Positions 53,461-63,826 of a stretch of DNA of 64,000 bases are shown piece after piece. Position 1 is the first letter of the stretch, and every line of letters starts with the position of its first letter. This stretch comes from Polaromonas sp. (lineage in GTDB: Bacteria > Pseudomonadota > Gammaproteobacteria > Burkholderiales > Burkholderiaceae_C): NCBI GenBank assembly GCA_004293655.1, contig RDZZ01000043.1, positions 10,235 to 74,234 on the forward strand. Reading direction: 5' to 3'. The notes below the pieces were generated by a model. It did no database searches, was not told the DNA's origin, and worked only from the letters and a program-made list of their open reading frames with translations. Position numbers and translations under genes: made by a program.

Positions 53461-55272
53461 TCACGTCGTGAACTGCAGCGCTGCCAGACGCGCATACACA
53501 CCGCCTTTGGCCACCAGCTCGGCATGGGTGCCTTGCTCGACCAGCTGGCCATGCTCCAGCACCAGAATGCGACTGGCTTGCTGCACAGTGGCCAGGCGGT
53601 GGGCAATGACCAGTGTGGTGCGGCCTTTCATGGCAGACTCAAGTGCGGCTTGCACCATGCGTTCACTTTCGGCGTCGAGTGCGCTGGTGGCTTCGTCCAG
53701 CAGCAGCAGTGGGGCGTTTTTCAGCATGGCGCGGGCAATGGCAATACGCTGGCGCTGCCCGCCGGACAGGCGCACGCCGCGCTCGCCCAAAAAGGTGTTG
53801 TAGCCTTCAGGCAACAACCCGATGAACTCGTGGGCAAAAGCCGCTTTGGCTGCTGCCTTGACCTCATCGTCGGTGGCCTCGGGCTTGCCGTAGCGGATGT
53901 TCTCCAGCGCAGTGTTTGAAAAAATCACGGCATCTTGCGGCACGATGCCGACCCGCTGGCGCAGCGCATGCAGTGCCATGTCGGCTGTGTGTACACCGTC
54001 CAGCACAATACGGCCCTGCACCGGGTCATAAAACCGCAGCAACAGCTGAAACACCGTGCTTTTGCCCGCACCGCTCGGCCCGACCAGCGCCACGGTCTCA
54101 CCAGGGGCCACGCGCATGCTGAAGTCGCTCAAGGCGGCCTGCAGCGGGCGGGACGGGTAATGAAACGTCACCGCTTCAAAATCAATAGCACTGCCAGCAG
54201 CAATCACGGGCGCTGGCGTTGGTTTTAATGGTGATTCAATGGGGGAGCGTGTCTGCAGCAGCTCCATCAGCCGTTCGGTGGCACCGGCAGCGCGCAGCAG
54301 GTCACCATAGACTTCGCCCAGCACAGCGGTCGCGCTGGCCAGAATGATCACGTACACCACGGTCTGACCCAGATGGCCCGCTGTGATGTCGCCGCGCATG
54401 ACCGCCTGTGTGCCTTGGTACAGGCCCCACAGCAAGGCGGCAGACGTGGCAATGATGATGAACGCCACCAAAACAGAGCGCGCCTTGGTGCGGCGTATGG
54501 CCACGTTAAAGGCGTTGGTGGTCGAGACGTTGAAACGTGTGGCCTCGCGGCCCTCGGCGGCATAGCTTTGCACCACGGCAATGGCATTGAGCACCTCAGC
54601 GGCGATGGCGCTTGAATCTGCCACCCGGTCCTGGCTGGCGCGCGAGAGTTTGCGCACACGGCGGCCAAACCAGATCGACGGCGCGACGATCAGCACCAGC
54701 ACGCCCAGCACCTGAAACATCAGGTAAGGGTTGGTATAGACCAGCATGAAAACCGCCCCCACGCCCATCACGGCGTTGCGCAAGCCCATGCTCAGTGAGG
54801 AGCCCACCACGGTCTGCACCAGTGTGGTGTCACCCGTCAGACGGCTCAGGACTTCACCGGTTTGCGTGGTTTCAAAAAACTCTGGGCTTTGCCTGAGCAC
54901 ATGCGAGTACACCGCGTTGCGCAGGTCGGCCGTGACGCGCTCGCCCAGCCAGCTGACCATGTAAAACCGCCCGGCTGAAAACAGCCCCAGTGCGGCGGCG
55001 ACTGCAAACAACTCAAAGAAATGGGTGCGCAGTGCCACCAGTTGCATGCCTTTGCCTGTGGCGCTGGTGTCGCCACTGACCAGCCCGCCATCGATCAGAC
55101 TGCGCAAAGCCAGCGGAAAAACCAGCGTGGCCACGGCTGCCATGACCAGAAAAAACACCGCCACGCCAATGCGGCCCGCATACGGTCTGAGAAATGGAAT
55201 CAGACCGGACAGCGAGCGGGGCGAACCCTTGGGGGCATTGGAGAGTGAAGACGCAGGTGAAGATGTAGCCAT
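53461..55272 (-). CDS. ABC exporter, fused permease/ATPase (MsbA/ABCB-like)
   Basis: TM domain plus GPSGAGKST, LSGGQRQRIAIARA, LLLDEATSALD. Confidence 0.92.
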   Translation of the reverse strand: MATSSPASSLSNAPKGSPRSLSGLIPFLRPYAGRIGVAVFFLVMAAVATLVFPLALRSLIDGGLVSGDTSATGKGMQLVALRTHFFELFAVAAALGLFSAGRFYMVSWLGERVTADLRNAVYSHVLRQSPEFFETTQTGEVLSRLTGDTTLVQTVVGSSLSMGLRNAVMGVGAVFMLVYTNPYLMFQVLGVLVLIVAPSIWFGRRVRKLSRASQDRVADSSAIAAEVLNAIAVVQSYAAEGREATRFNVSTTNAFNVAIRRTKARSVLVAFIIIATSAALLWGLYQGTQAVMRGDITAGHLGQTVVYVIILASATAVLGEVYGDLLRAAGATERLMELLQTRSPIESPLKPTPAPVIAAGSAIDFEAVTFHYPSRPLQAALSDFSMRVAPGETVALVGPSGAGKSTVFQLLLRFYDPVQGRIVLDGVHTADMALHALRQRVGIVPQDAVIFSNTALENIRYGKPEATDDEVKAAAKAAFAHEFIGLLPEGYNTFLGERGVRLSGGQRQRIAIARAMLKNAPLLLLDEATSALDAESERMVQAALESAMKGRTTLVIAHRLATVQQASRILVLEHGQLVEQGTHAELVAKGGVYARLAALQFTT

Positions 55273-55429
55273 GCAACGAGTTTATCCAAAGCCGGTGCAG
55301 TCTCGGCGCGGGCTCCATGAGGCTCCTGCCAGTGTCGCGTCACGCATTTTTTGCCGTGTTCAAAACGCGCATCTGTCCGGGCTCTCATGTGCAGACGGAC
55401 ATGCGCACAGGCATGAAGTAGCATGAAGT

Positions 55430-55595
55430 AAACAGCCCGCTACGGCAATCTTCATAAGGACTGCGTGCTATCTGAAATGTAGCGTTCGGCGGCAACACGT
55501 CTGCAAGCCCGCTCAGCCGCCAGTCACGTATTTTGCTATTGAAAAAGTAGCGCATATTCCTTACGGATATTGCTGCAGAGCCTTTTTTCATCACT
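55430..55595. repeat. Two GCT-N11-AGC repeat copies between the ABC exporter and TetR
   Basis: gctatctgaaatgtagc (55467-55483) and gctattgaaaaagtagc (55535-55551) with family-like flanks. Confidence 0.6.
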
Positions 55596-55635
55596 TTATT
55601 TCAATACAAAGTGAGGCCCGCCTTCAGCGGGCGCA

Positions 55636-56289
55636 TCACGCCTCAGGCTGCGCGGCCTGCGTGTCTCGCAATGCGGCATCAATCAGTGCGTTGGCCATCC
55701 ACAACGCGGTCTCCTCGACCTGCGTGTTGGGCAAACCCCAAATATCTTTCAGGATGATGTACGGCTCTATGCCATAGACGATGGACAGTGCGTGATGAAG
55801 ACGCTGCCGCGCATTCGCGGTGAGTTGCCTGGAAAGCGGCTCAAGCGCGTGATCCAGGATGCGGATGCGGTGACCGCGCCGGTAAGGCGCCTCAGTCAGC
55901 AGCCCGGCACGCTGCAGCGCTTCTTGCTCCAGTGAAAGCTGCGCGGCAGCCCGCAGATGCGGCTCGAATTCGGTAAACCGGGGGAAGGTCTTCTCGAACA
56001 GCTCCAAGACGCGGGTTCGGCCTTCTGTGGTGCTGGACGCTTGGGCGCGAACCGGCCCCAGCGAGGCCTCAATGACCGCAGTGAGCAAGGCGCCCCGCGT
56101 CGGGAAATATCGGTAGGCCGTGGCTCTGGAGACAGCAGAACGTGCCGCCACGTCAGCGATGGATGGAATCTGTCCGTCAGCAATCAACTGCATGGCGCTG
56201 TCCAGCAGCAGTTTGAAAGTTGAAGCCTTCACACCCTTCAAAGGCAGCTGAGCTGCTTCACTTGCTTGAAATTCGGTCGCTCGGGTCAT
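55636..56289 (-). CDS. TetR/AcrR family transcriptional regulator
   Basis: N-terminal HTH SIADVAARSAVSRATAYRYFP; divergent from the ABC operon. Confidence 0.92.
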   Translation of the reverse strand: MTRATEFQASEAAQLPLKGVKASTFKLLLDSAMQLIADGQIPSIADVAARSAVSRATAYRYFPTRGALLTAVIEASLGPVRAQASSTTEGRTRVLELFEKTFPRFTEFEPHLRAAAQLSLEQEALQRAGLLTEAPYRRGHRIRILDHALEPLSRQLTANARQRLHHALSIVYGIEPYIILKDIWGLPNTQVEETALWMANALIDAALRDTQAAQPEA

Positions 56290-56362
56290 GGTAATTACCT
56301 ACGTTTTTTTCTTCAATACAGCTGGCATCGCCAGATGATTTGGACATAATACACAAGTGTCT

Positions 56363-56384
56363 TTTTGAGACTGCAATCTAAAAA
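56363..56384. promoter_or_regulatory. Candidate TetR operator
   Basis: ttttgaga-ctgcaa-tctaaaaa imperfect palindrome (7 of 8) in the divergent intergenic region. Confidence 0.45.
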
Positions 56385-56520
56385 TGAAATGACAATCTGA
56401 AATGCCAGGTTCCATTATTGCCTTCGAGCGCTGCTGCTTTAAAAAAGTCGCTGTTGCCAACGCAGATTTTTCTGCCCGAATTGTTCGTTCTGACGGGCCA
56501 ATGCCCACGGCGGAGGCTGT

Positions 56521-57468
56521 GTGAAGTCTTCACCGGGAAACGCACTTTTTCTCCTTCTGGGGGGAGTCGCTGTGGCTTTTTCTGCCTGGGCCGTCCATGA
56601 CAACCCCCGGCTTTATTGGCTGACGTTGCTCAACAGTTTGACGCTCGCGTCGCTGTACTTCATTGTGGCTAGCGGGTTCACGTTGGTGTTTGGCCTGATG
56701 CGTCACGTCAATTTGGCCCACGGGTCGCTGTATCTGCTGGGCGGCTATGTGGGTTATGCAGTGGCTCAGGTCACCGGGTTCTGGGCGTTGGCTCTGTTGT
56801 GTGGATTCCTGTCTGCCGCCGCAGCAGGCGGTCTGCTGCAGGTGCTGGTCCTGAGGCACATGCACGGACAAGACCTGCGCCAGACGCTGGTCACCATCGG
56901 TATTTCCATCGTCATTGCCGACGGCCTGCTTTGGCTGTTCACGGGGCAGACCTATCAAATAGAAGCGCCCGCCTTGCTGCAGGGGCCGATACGCGATTTA
57001 CCCATCATCAAAGCGTATTCCAGTTATCGCCTGGGCTTGTTGGGGCTGGGAATCGGGATGGGCGTTTTCCTGTGGTGGTTGCTCAACAGAACCAAACTGG
57101 GCGCCATGATCAGGGCTGGCGTGGACGACCGCGCCATGCTGGCCGCAGCTGGCGTGAATGTGCCCGTGCTGTTTGCCTTCACTTTCATGCTGGGCTCAGG
57201 TCTCGCTGGTCTGGGTGGGGTGATTGGCGCGGTGGAGTTGAGTCTGGTTCCGGGCGAAGACACCCGGATGCTCCTGGCGTCCTTGATTGTGGTGATTGTG
57301 GGCGGCATGGGTAGCGTGTTGGGTGCTGCAGTGGGTGCCACCATTTTGGGACTTGCAGAAACCTTTGGCCTGGCTTATGCACCGACTTACAGCGTGGTGT
57401 TCACGTTTGTGATCTTGATCGGTGTTCTTGCCGTGCGCCCTGCCGGTCTTACGGGGAGGTCTGCATGA
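56521..57468 (+). CDS. LivH-type ABC permease
   Basis: GFTLVFGLM..VNLAHG, IVVIVGGMGS; ggagg RBS before GTG. Confidence 0.9.
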   Translation: MKSSPGNALFLLLGGVAVAFSAWAVHDNPRLYWLTLLNSLTLASLYFIVASGFTLVFGLMRHVNLAHGSLYLLGGYVGYAVAQVTGFWALALLCGFLSAAAAGGLLQVLVLRHMHGQDLRQTLVTIGISIVIADGLLWLFTGQTYQIEAPALLQGPIRDLPIIKAYSSYRLGLLGLGIGMGVFLWWLLNRTKLGAMIRAGVDDRAMLAAAGVNVPVLFAFTFMLGSGLAGLGGVIGAVELSLVPGEDTRMLLASLIVVIVGGMGSVLGAAVGATILGLAETFGLAYAPTYSVVFTFVILIGVLAVRPAGLTGRSA

Positions 57469-58499
57469 CACCCGAGCGCATGTCACGAGATTCGGCACTG
57501 TTACAAAAAGGGCCTGCAATGCGTAGCGCAGCAAAACGCTTTTGGCTAGGCCATGCAGCCATTTTGCTGGGCCTTTTGATTTTTCCATTTGTGGCATCGC
57601 CCTTTCTCACCTACCAAATTGGTGCGCAGGCGCTCATCTGGGGAACCATTGCGCTGTCAACCGCTTTCCTGGCGGGTTATGGGGGCATGGTGTCGCTGGC
57701 GCAAATGTCAGTTGCCGGCGCTGCCGGTTATGCGGTTGCCATTCTGGGGCACAGTGGCACCGAGTCCAGTCTGGGCTGGCACTGGTCGGTTGTGGTGCCA
57801 GTCGCGCTGACAGTGGCGGTGGCCTACAGCATGCTGATTGGGTGGCTTTCAGCACGCACAGGCGGTGTCTACACCATCATGATCACGCTGGCCATCGGCG
57901 TGGCTTTTTACTACCTGGCGCTGCAAAACTACAGCGTCTTCAACGGGTTTCAGGGTTTTCAGAAGGTTTACCCGCCCACTGTCGGCGGGGTTCAGCTGAC
58001 TCAGAAATCCAACTTATATGGGCTGTGCCTGTTCTGGGCGGTTGCCAGCTATGCCTGGATCGTGTGGCTGGCGCGCACGCCCTTTGGCATCGCCCTGCAA
58101 GGTACCCGAGACAACTCCCGGCGAATGGCGTCACTGGGCTTTAACGTCATTGCCATTCGCATTCTGGCCTACGCGGTTTCCGGTCTGTTGGCTGGCGTGG
58201 GCGGGATATTGCTGGTTTGGTACAACGGCCTGATTTCTCCAGGCTCCATTGGCATAGGCGTGCTGATCAACGTTTTGGTCATGGCAGTCCTGGGTGGAAC
58301 CCGTCATCCCTTCGGGGCGTTTTTAGGGGGCCTGGTTTTTGTCTTGCTCCAGACCTTTGCCATCGACCTGGTTGACCGCGAGCGGTTCAACATGCTCATC
58401 GGCAGTGTTTTCCTGGCCATCGTACTTTTTTCCCCAGACGGTCTTCTGGGGCTTTGGGGCAAGCTGAAAGCTCGAATCGGAAATAAAAGACCCACTTGA
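57465..58499 (+). CDS. LivM-type ABC permease
   Basis: GYGGMVSLAQ, MITLA, AVLGG, PDGLLG. Confidence 0.9.
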   Translation: MTPERMSRDSALLQKGPAMRSAAKRFWLGHAAILLGLLIFPFVASPFLTYQIGAQALIWGTIALSTAFLAGYGGMVSLAQMSVAGAAGYAVAILGHSGTESSLGWHWSVVVPVALTVAVAYSMLIGWLSARTGGVYTIMITLAIGVAFYYLALQNYSVFNGFQGFQKVYPPTVGGVQLTQKSNLYGLCLFWAVASYAWIVWLARTPFGIALQGTRDNSRRMASLGFNVIAIRILAYAVSGLLAGVGGILLVWYNGLISPGSIGIGVLINVLVMAVLGGTRHPFGAFLGGLVFVLLQTFAIDLVDRERFNMLIGSVFLAIVLFSPDGLLGLWGKLKARIGNKRPT

Positions 58500-58530
58500 A
58501 ACACCCATTTCTTAACCTACGGAGACAAAA

Positions 58531-59781
58531 ATGATGAATAAGCGCAAATGGTTTCGTTCGGTAATTTGCACCGCCGCATTGACTGCAGTCACTGGACTTG
58601 CCTTGGCACAGGGCAGCACTTTGAAAATCGGCGTGCTCGCCACGCTTGAAGGGCCGTTTGCCTCGGGGGGAGCCGATGCCATGCGGGGCGCAGAGATGGC
58701 CCTGGCGGCACGCGGGGGGATGGTTGCCGGAAAGAAAATCGAGCTGGTAAAAGGCAGCAGCAATGCAAACCCAGACGTGGCAGTCAATGCGGCACGCAAA
58801 CTCGTCGAGCAAGACAAGGTCGATATCTTGGTGGGCCCATTGTCTGGCGGCGAAGGCATTGCGATCAAAGACTACTCCAGGACGCAGGCCCAGACCACCT
58901 TCATCAATGGTGCTTCAGCTGCTCAGGCCACTACCCTGGTCAATCAGAGCACCAACTTTTTCCGCTTCAACACAGATGGCGCGCAATGGATGGCCGGTCT
59001 GGGAAAAGCCGCTATGGACAAAGGCTACAAGCGGGTCATGGTGATTGCTGAAGATTACGCCTACCCATACAGCCAGATTCAGGGCTTCATGGCGGAGTAT
59101 TGCCGCGCCGGCGGCAAGGTTCCGCTCAAGGCCTGGGTACCGCTGGGCGGCAAAGACTACGCCTCAGTCATTGCCCGCATTCCGAAAGATGTGGACGCAC
59201 TGCTGGTGGTGTTGGGCGGGGCCGATGCCGTGAATTTCTTGTCGCAGTACGAGAACGCTGGCGGTGACTTGCCCATACTTGGCGGCAGCATCACGGTCAG
59301 TCAAGACGTTTTGAATTTCAAGGGAAAGCGTCGTGAATCCCTGGTGGGCACCATCAGCGCAGGCCCCGTGTCGGACAACTTCGACGGCGCGGAGTGGAGA
59401 GCCTTTGTGGCCGACTACCGCAAGGCCTATCCCGTATCTGCAGGTGGGTTTCCCAGCCCTGGCTTGTTCGCCTATGTGTACTACGTCAGCATGAAAGCGG
59501 CACTGGACGGCATTGATGCGGTCAAAGGTGACCTCGGGGCCGGACAAGTCAAATACCGTGAAGCACTGGGCAAGATGGTACTGAAGACGCCCACAGGTGA
59601 TGTGAGGCTCGATGCAAACCGGCAAGCCATTGGGGGTGGGTTTGTGAACGAGGTCGTCAAGGACGCGCAGGGCAATCTGACCACCCGCATGCTCCGCAAG
59701 GTCGATAACGTCGATCAGCTCTTGGGCATCAAGAAAGAAGATTTCCAGATCGGCACGCGTGACGTTCCTGCTTGCCCCTGA
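58531..59781 (+). CDS. LivJ/K-type ABC substrate-binding protein
   Basis: Signal peptide; LEGPFA, LVGPLSGGEG, AEDYAYP. Confidence 0.9.
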   Translation: MMNKRKWFRSVICTAALTAVTGLALAQGSTLKIGVLATLEGPFASGGADAMRGAEMALAARGGMVAGKKIELVKGSSNANPDVAVNAARKLVEQDKVDILVGPLSGGEGIAIKDYSRTQAQTTFINGASAAQATTLVNQSTNFFRFNTDGAQWMAGLGKAAMDKGYKRVMVIAEDYAYPYSQIQGFMAEYCRAGGKVPLKAWVPLGGKDYASVIARIPKDVDALLVVLGGADAVNFLSQYENAGGDLPILGGSITVSQDVLNFKGKRRESLVGTISAGPVSDNFDGAEWRAFVADYRKAYPVSAGGFPSPGLFAYVYYVSMKAALDGIDAVKGDLGAGQVKYREALGKMVLKTPTGDVRLDANRQAIGGGFVNEVVKDAQGNLTTRMLRKVDNVDQLLGIKKEDFQIGTRDVPACP

Positions 59782-59802
59782 ACTTTGAAAGGCCCGGACA
59801 AC

Positions 59803-60627
59803 ATGCCCACTTCCGCTTACTTGGCGGGCGCTGCAGGTGCAGCGCACCCATCTCAGGTTCGCACGGACTCGTCCAGTGAGCCGTTGGTTGCGTTGGCGTT
59901 GGAGAACGTTTCAATGGCTTTCGGCGCGCTGCGCGCAGTCGATGGGGTCTCGTTGTCAGTCCGGGCTGGGCAAAAGTACGCTGTGCTGGGGTCAAACGGC
60001 GCGGGCAAAACAACGCTTTTCAATGCAATTACCGGCGACATCCTGCCCACAGGGGGATGTATCCGGTGGTTCGGTCAGGACATGACGCGACTGGCGCCTC
60101 AGGCCCGCATCCGCATGGGCTTGCGACGCACGTACCAGTCATCGCTGCTTTTCAAGGAACTCAGCATCAGGGACAACCTTTTTCTGGCCGTCCGGGGTGT
60201 CAGTGCAGGGAGATTCAGCGTTTTACGCACCCGCTCTACGCACCCATCCCACCTGGCTGTTGACGACATTCTTGAGCGCGTCCGCCTGGACGGCATCCAG
60301 AACGAGCTGGTCGGCAACTTGGCGCATGGCCAGCAAAGACAGCTTGAGATCGGCATGGCGCTGGTCGGCCAGCCGCGTTTGATTTTGTTCGATGAACCTG
60401 CTGCCGGTCTGTCGCCGGTTGAGCGGCGCGAGCTGGTGCTGATGCTCAAGAACGTGCCGGCGGATGTTGGCTATGTGCTCATCGAGCACGACCTTGACAT
60501 TGCCCTGAAAGTGGTAGAGCGCGTGACCGTGATGCATAACGGGCGTGTCTTGACGACCGCTGCACCACAAGAGATAGAGCACAACGCTGAAGTCCAGGCG
60601 ATCTACATGGGGGGAAGGCATTCATGA
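59803..60627 (+). CDS. LivG-type ABC ATP-binding protein
   Basis: GSNGAGKTT, LAHGQQRQLEIG, FDEPAAGL, IEHD. Confidence 0.9.
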   Translation: MPTSAYLAGAAGAAHPSQVRTDSSSEPLVALALENVSMAFGALRAVDGVSLSVRAGQKYAVLGSNGAGKTTLFNAITGDILPTGGCIRWFGQDMTRLAPQARIRMGLRRTYQSSLLFKELSIRDNLFLAVRGVSAGRFSVLRTRSTHPSHLAVDDILERVRLDGIQNELVGNLAHGQQRQLEIGMALVGQPRLILFDEPAAGLSPVERRELVLMLKNVPADVGYVLIEHDLDIALKVVERVTVMHNGRVLTTAAPQEIEHNAEVQAIYMGGRHS

Positions 60628-61454
60628 ACAAACCTGCTTCATTGCCGCTGGACAAGGGCAGCCCCTCCGAGCCGCTTCTTGTTGTCAAGGGTCTGGACGT
60701 TTTCTATGGCCGCGCTCATGCCGTACAAAGCATCAGCTTTGGTTTGAGTGAAGGTGTTTTGGGCATTGTGGGGCGAAACGGCATGGGGAAAACCTCACTT
60801 TGCAATGCCATCACGGGTCTGGTGCCCGCGCGGGGCAGCATCCGGTTTGCAGGGCAAGAAATTCTGGGTCTGAGCCCGGACAAAATCACCCGGCGCGGCA
60901 TTGCCTACGTGCCGCAGGGCCGTCGGATGTGGCCCAGTCTGACCGTCGATGAGACCTTGTGCCTGGTGGGACGCACCAGGCATGAAGTGCAGGAAATGTA
61001 CGAACTCTTTCCCCGCCTGGCAGAAAGAAAAGGCAATGGCAGTACCCAGCTGTCGGGTGGCGAGCAGCAAATGCTGGCCATTGCACGGGCTTTGCTGTTG
61101 CGGCCCCGGCTCCTGGTCATGGACGAGCCCACCGAAGGGCTGGCACCGGTGATTGTTGACCATGTGGTTGAAATCATGCACAGCCTGGCGGCCGACAAAG
61201 GATTGGCCATTTTGCTGATCGAACAGAACCTGGGGGTAGCCCTTGGGGTGTCCGACGACATTGGAGTCATGGTCAACGGCCAGATTGCGCACCAGATGCC
61301 CGCGAGTGTGCTGGCCGCCGACCGCGACCTGCAAGAAAGACTGCTGGGTTTGCGCAGTGCAGATTCAGATTCGGACGGCGGCGTAAATGCACAGCCTACG
61401 CACACCGGCGGCGAAGAGTCGCGTGATTCAGCCGGTGCGAGGTCAGCTGGTTGA
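60624..61454 (+). CDS. LivF-type ABC ATP-binding protein
   Basis: GRNGMGKT, LSGGEQQMLAIARAL, MDEPTEGLAP, IEQN. Confidence 0.9.
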   Translation: MNKPASLPLDKGSPSEPLLVVKGLDVFYGRAHAVQSISFGLSEGVLGIVGRNGMGKTSLCNAITGLVPARGSIRFAGQEILGLSPDKITRRGIAYVPQGRRMWPSLTVDETLCLVGRTRHEVQEMYELFPRLAERKGNGSTQLSGGEQQMLAIARALLLRPRLLVMDEPTEGLAPVIVDHVVEIMHSLAADKGLAILLIEQNLGVALGVSDDIGVMVNGQIAHQMPASVLAADRDLQERLLGLRSADSDSDGGVNAQPTHTGGEESRDSAGARSAG

Positions 61455-61524
61455 AATTGTTCTTGCTCAGCGCAACGATATCGAGCCCAAGAACCTGTTT
61501 ATTTTAGTAATCAAGGAGAGTAAA

Positions 61525-62760
61525 TTGACTTCACAGCACCCAAGTCAGCCCAGTGTTCGGACCGCTTACGTTGTCGGTACTTTCGACACCAAGGCGCGCG
61601 AACTGAACTTTATTGCAACGTGTATTCGCAACACCGGCGTGCGGGTGGTCACCGTCGATTTATCGACTTTGAGGCATGACGCCCTGGCAGACGTTTCGTC
61701 GGCGCAAGTCGCCGCTTGTCACCCGGCAGGCCCGTCTGCTGTCTTCACCGGAGACCGTGGCTCGGCAGTTGCGGCCATGTCTGTGGCACTGTCGCGTTTT
61801 GTCGCCAGCTGCGGCGACCTTGACGGGATTGTTTCTGCTGGCGGTTCTGGCGGGACTTCTTTGGCCACTGCAGGCATGCGCGCCTTGCCAATCGGTGTGC
61901 CCAAAGTCATGGTGAGCACCATGGCCAGTGGTGACACACGTCCCTACGTGGGGCCGAATGACATTTGCATGATGTATTCCGTCACCGATGTCGAGGGTAT
62001 CAACCGCATCAGCGAAAAAGTGCTGGCCAATGCCGCTCATGCGCTTGTCGGGATGATCTCGCACCGGATAGAGCTCAGTCCAGTGACGCGGCCCGCACTG
62101 GGCATGTCAATGTTTGGTGTCACCACTGTTTGCGTGCAAGCACTGGCCAAGTCCTTGCAAAACGACTACGACTGCCTGGTGTTTCATGCCACCGGTGTGG
62201 GCGGGCAGAGCATGGAAAAGCTGGCGGAGTCAGGCTTGTTGGCCGGGGTGATTGATGTCACCACCACCGAAGTTGCCGACGAGATCGGTGGCGGTGTTTT
62301 GTCTGCCGGGCCCACCCGTATGGATGTCTTTGCACGCCATGCCTTACCGTATGTAGGCAGTTGCGGTGCGCTGGACATGGTTAATTTTGGACCTTTTGAG
62401 ACGGTACCTGAACGCTACAAGGCGCGAAACCTGTATCGCCACAACCCCACGGTGACATTGATGCGCACTACCGAGGATGAAAACCGCGCCATCGGCTTGT
62501 TTTTGGCAGAAAAACTCAATGCCATGAAAGGCCCGGTGCGATTTTTGATTCCAGAAGGTGGGGTGTCCGCCATCGACAAACCCGGCCAGCCGTTCTACGA
62601 CCCGGCGGCCAACCACGTTTTGTTCTCCACCATTGAAGACAACTTCCACGCAGGCCCTGACCGCAAACTTTTGCGGCTGCCCCACCACATCAACGATGCG
62701 GCGTTCGTGCAGGCACTGGTTGCCGCCTGGCGCGATGCCTCAAGCAGCCTCACAGATTGA
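61525..62760 (+). CDS. Tm-1-like ATP-binding domain protein (UPF0261)
   Basis: [72 protein letters not shown]; aaggag RBS before TTG 61525. Confidence 0.88.
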   Translation: MTSQHPSQPSVRTAYVVGTFDTKARELNFIATCIRNTGVRVVTVDLSTLRHDALADVSSAQVAACHPAGPSAVFTGDRGSAVAAMSVALSRFVASCGDLDGIVSAGGSGGTSLATAGMRALPIGVPKVMVSTMASGDTRPYVGPNDICMMYSVTDVEGINRISEKVLANAAHALVGMISHRIELSPVTRPALGMSMFGVTTVCVQALAKSLQNDYDCLVFHATGVGGQSMEKLAESGLLAGVIDVTTTEVADEIGGGVLSAGPTRMDVFARHALPYVGSCGALDMVNFGPFETVPERYKARNLYRHNPTVTLMRTTEDENRAIGLFLAEKLNAMKGPVRFLIPEGGVSAIDKPGQPFYDPAANHVLFSTIEDNFHAGPDRKLLRLPHHINDAAFVQALVAAWRDASSSLTD

Positions 62761-62792
62761 CCTTTAACCACAACTTCCCAAGGAACCTGAAT

Positions 62793-63638
62793 ATGTCCAG
62801 CAATTCACGAGAGAACTTACTGAAAAAATTTCGCGCCAAGATCGCTGAAGGCAAGCCGCTGATCGGCGGCGGGGCGGGTACCGGCTTGTCAGCCAAATGC
62901 GAAGAGGCTGGCGGTATTGACCTGATTGTGATTTACAACTCCGGGCGCTTTCGCATGGCTGGTCACGGCTCTCTGGCCGGGCTGATGCCCTACGGTGATG
63001 CCAATTCGATTGTTTTGGAGATGGCACGTGAAGTGCTGCCCGTGGTGCGTCAAACCCCGGTTGTGGCTGGCGTGTGCGGCACAGACCCCATGCGTTTGAT
63101 GGGCCCTTTCCTGGACACCATCCAAGGGGCAGGCTTTGCGGGCGTGCAAAACTTTCCGACGGTGGGTTTGATTGACGGTAATTTCCGCGCCAACCTGGAA
63201 GAAACCGGCATGGGTTACAGCAAAGAAGTGGAGATGATCCGCCTGGCGCACCAACGCGGTCTGCTGACCACGCCGTATGTCTTCAGCCCAGCCGATGCAG
63301 TTGCCATGGCGCAGGCCGGTGCCGATATTCTGGTGGCGCATATGGGCTTGACGACGTCCGGTGCCATCGGTGCCAAGACCGCCAAAACCCTCGATCAGTC
63401 AGTCGAGGAGATCAACGCCATTGCGCAAGCCGCGCTTGCTGTGCGGAGCGATATCATTTTGCTGTGCCACGGCGGCCCGATTGCCGAGCCTGAAGACGCA
63501 GCCTACGTGCTGGCACGTTGCCCGCAAATCCACGGGTTTTATGGTGCCAGCTCCATGGAACGCCTGCCAACCGAGCGCGCCATTCGCGAGCAGACCGAAC
63601 GCTTTGCAAGACTCGTCCTGGCTGGGCAGGCGACGTAG
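62793..63638 (+). CDS. TIM-barrel protein, phosphoenolpyruvate hydrolase-like / Tm-1 C-terminal family
   Basis: [69 protein letters not shown]. Confidence 0.88.
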   Translation: MSSNSRENLLKKFRAKIAEGKPLIGGGAGTGLSAKCEEAGGIDLIVIYNSGRFRMAGHGSLAGLMPYGDANSIVLEMAREVLPVVRQTPVVAGVCGTDPMRLMGPFLDTIQGAGFAGVQNFPTVGLIDGNFRANLEETGMGYSKEVEMIRLAHQRGLLTTPYVFSPADAVAMAQAGADILVAHMGLTTSGAIGAKTAKTLDQSVEEINAIAQAALAVRSDIILLCHGGPIAEPEDAAYVLARCPQIHGFYGASSMERLPTERAIREQTERFARLVLAGQAT

Positions 63639-63715
63639 ATCACATGGTGTAGAGGTCTGCCGGGGTGCGCTGGCCGCTCTGATCGGGTCAGGCCCATGTG
63701 CAATGGCAGCAGGCA

Positions 63716-63826
63716 GTTTTTCACAAGCAAATAGCCTGCTGTGGCTTGTTCTACAAGGGTTATTTGCTATCAAAAGTGTAGCAAAAAAGTGTATCAAACA
63801 ACCTTGGCGCTACTAAAAAAGTAGCA
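63716..63826. repeat. Two GCT-N11-AGC repeat copies downstream of the TIM-barrel gene
   Basis: gctatcaaaagtgtagc (63766-63782) and gctactaaaaaagtagc (63809-63825). Confidence 0.6.
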
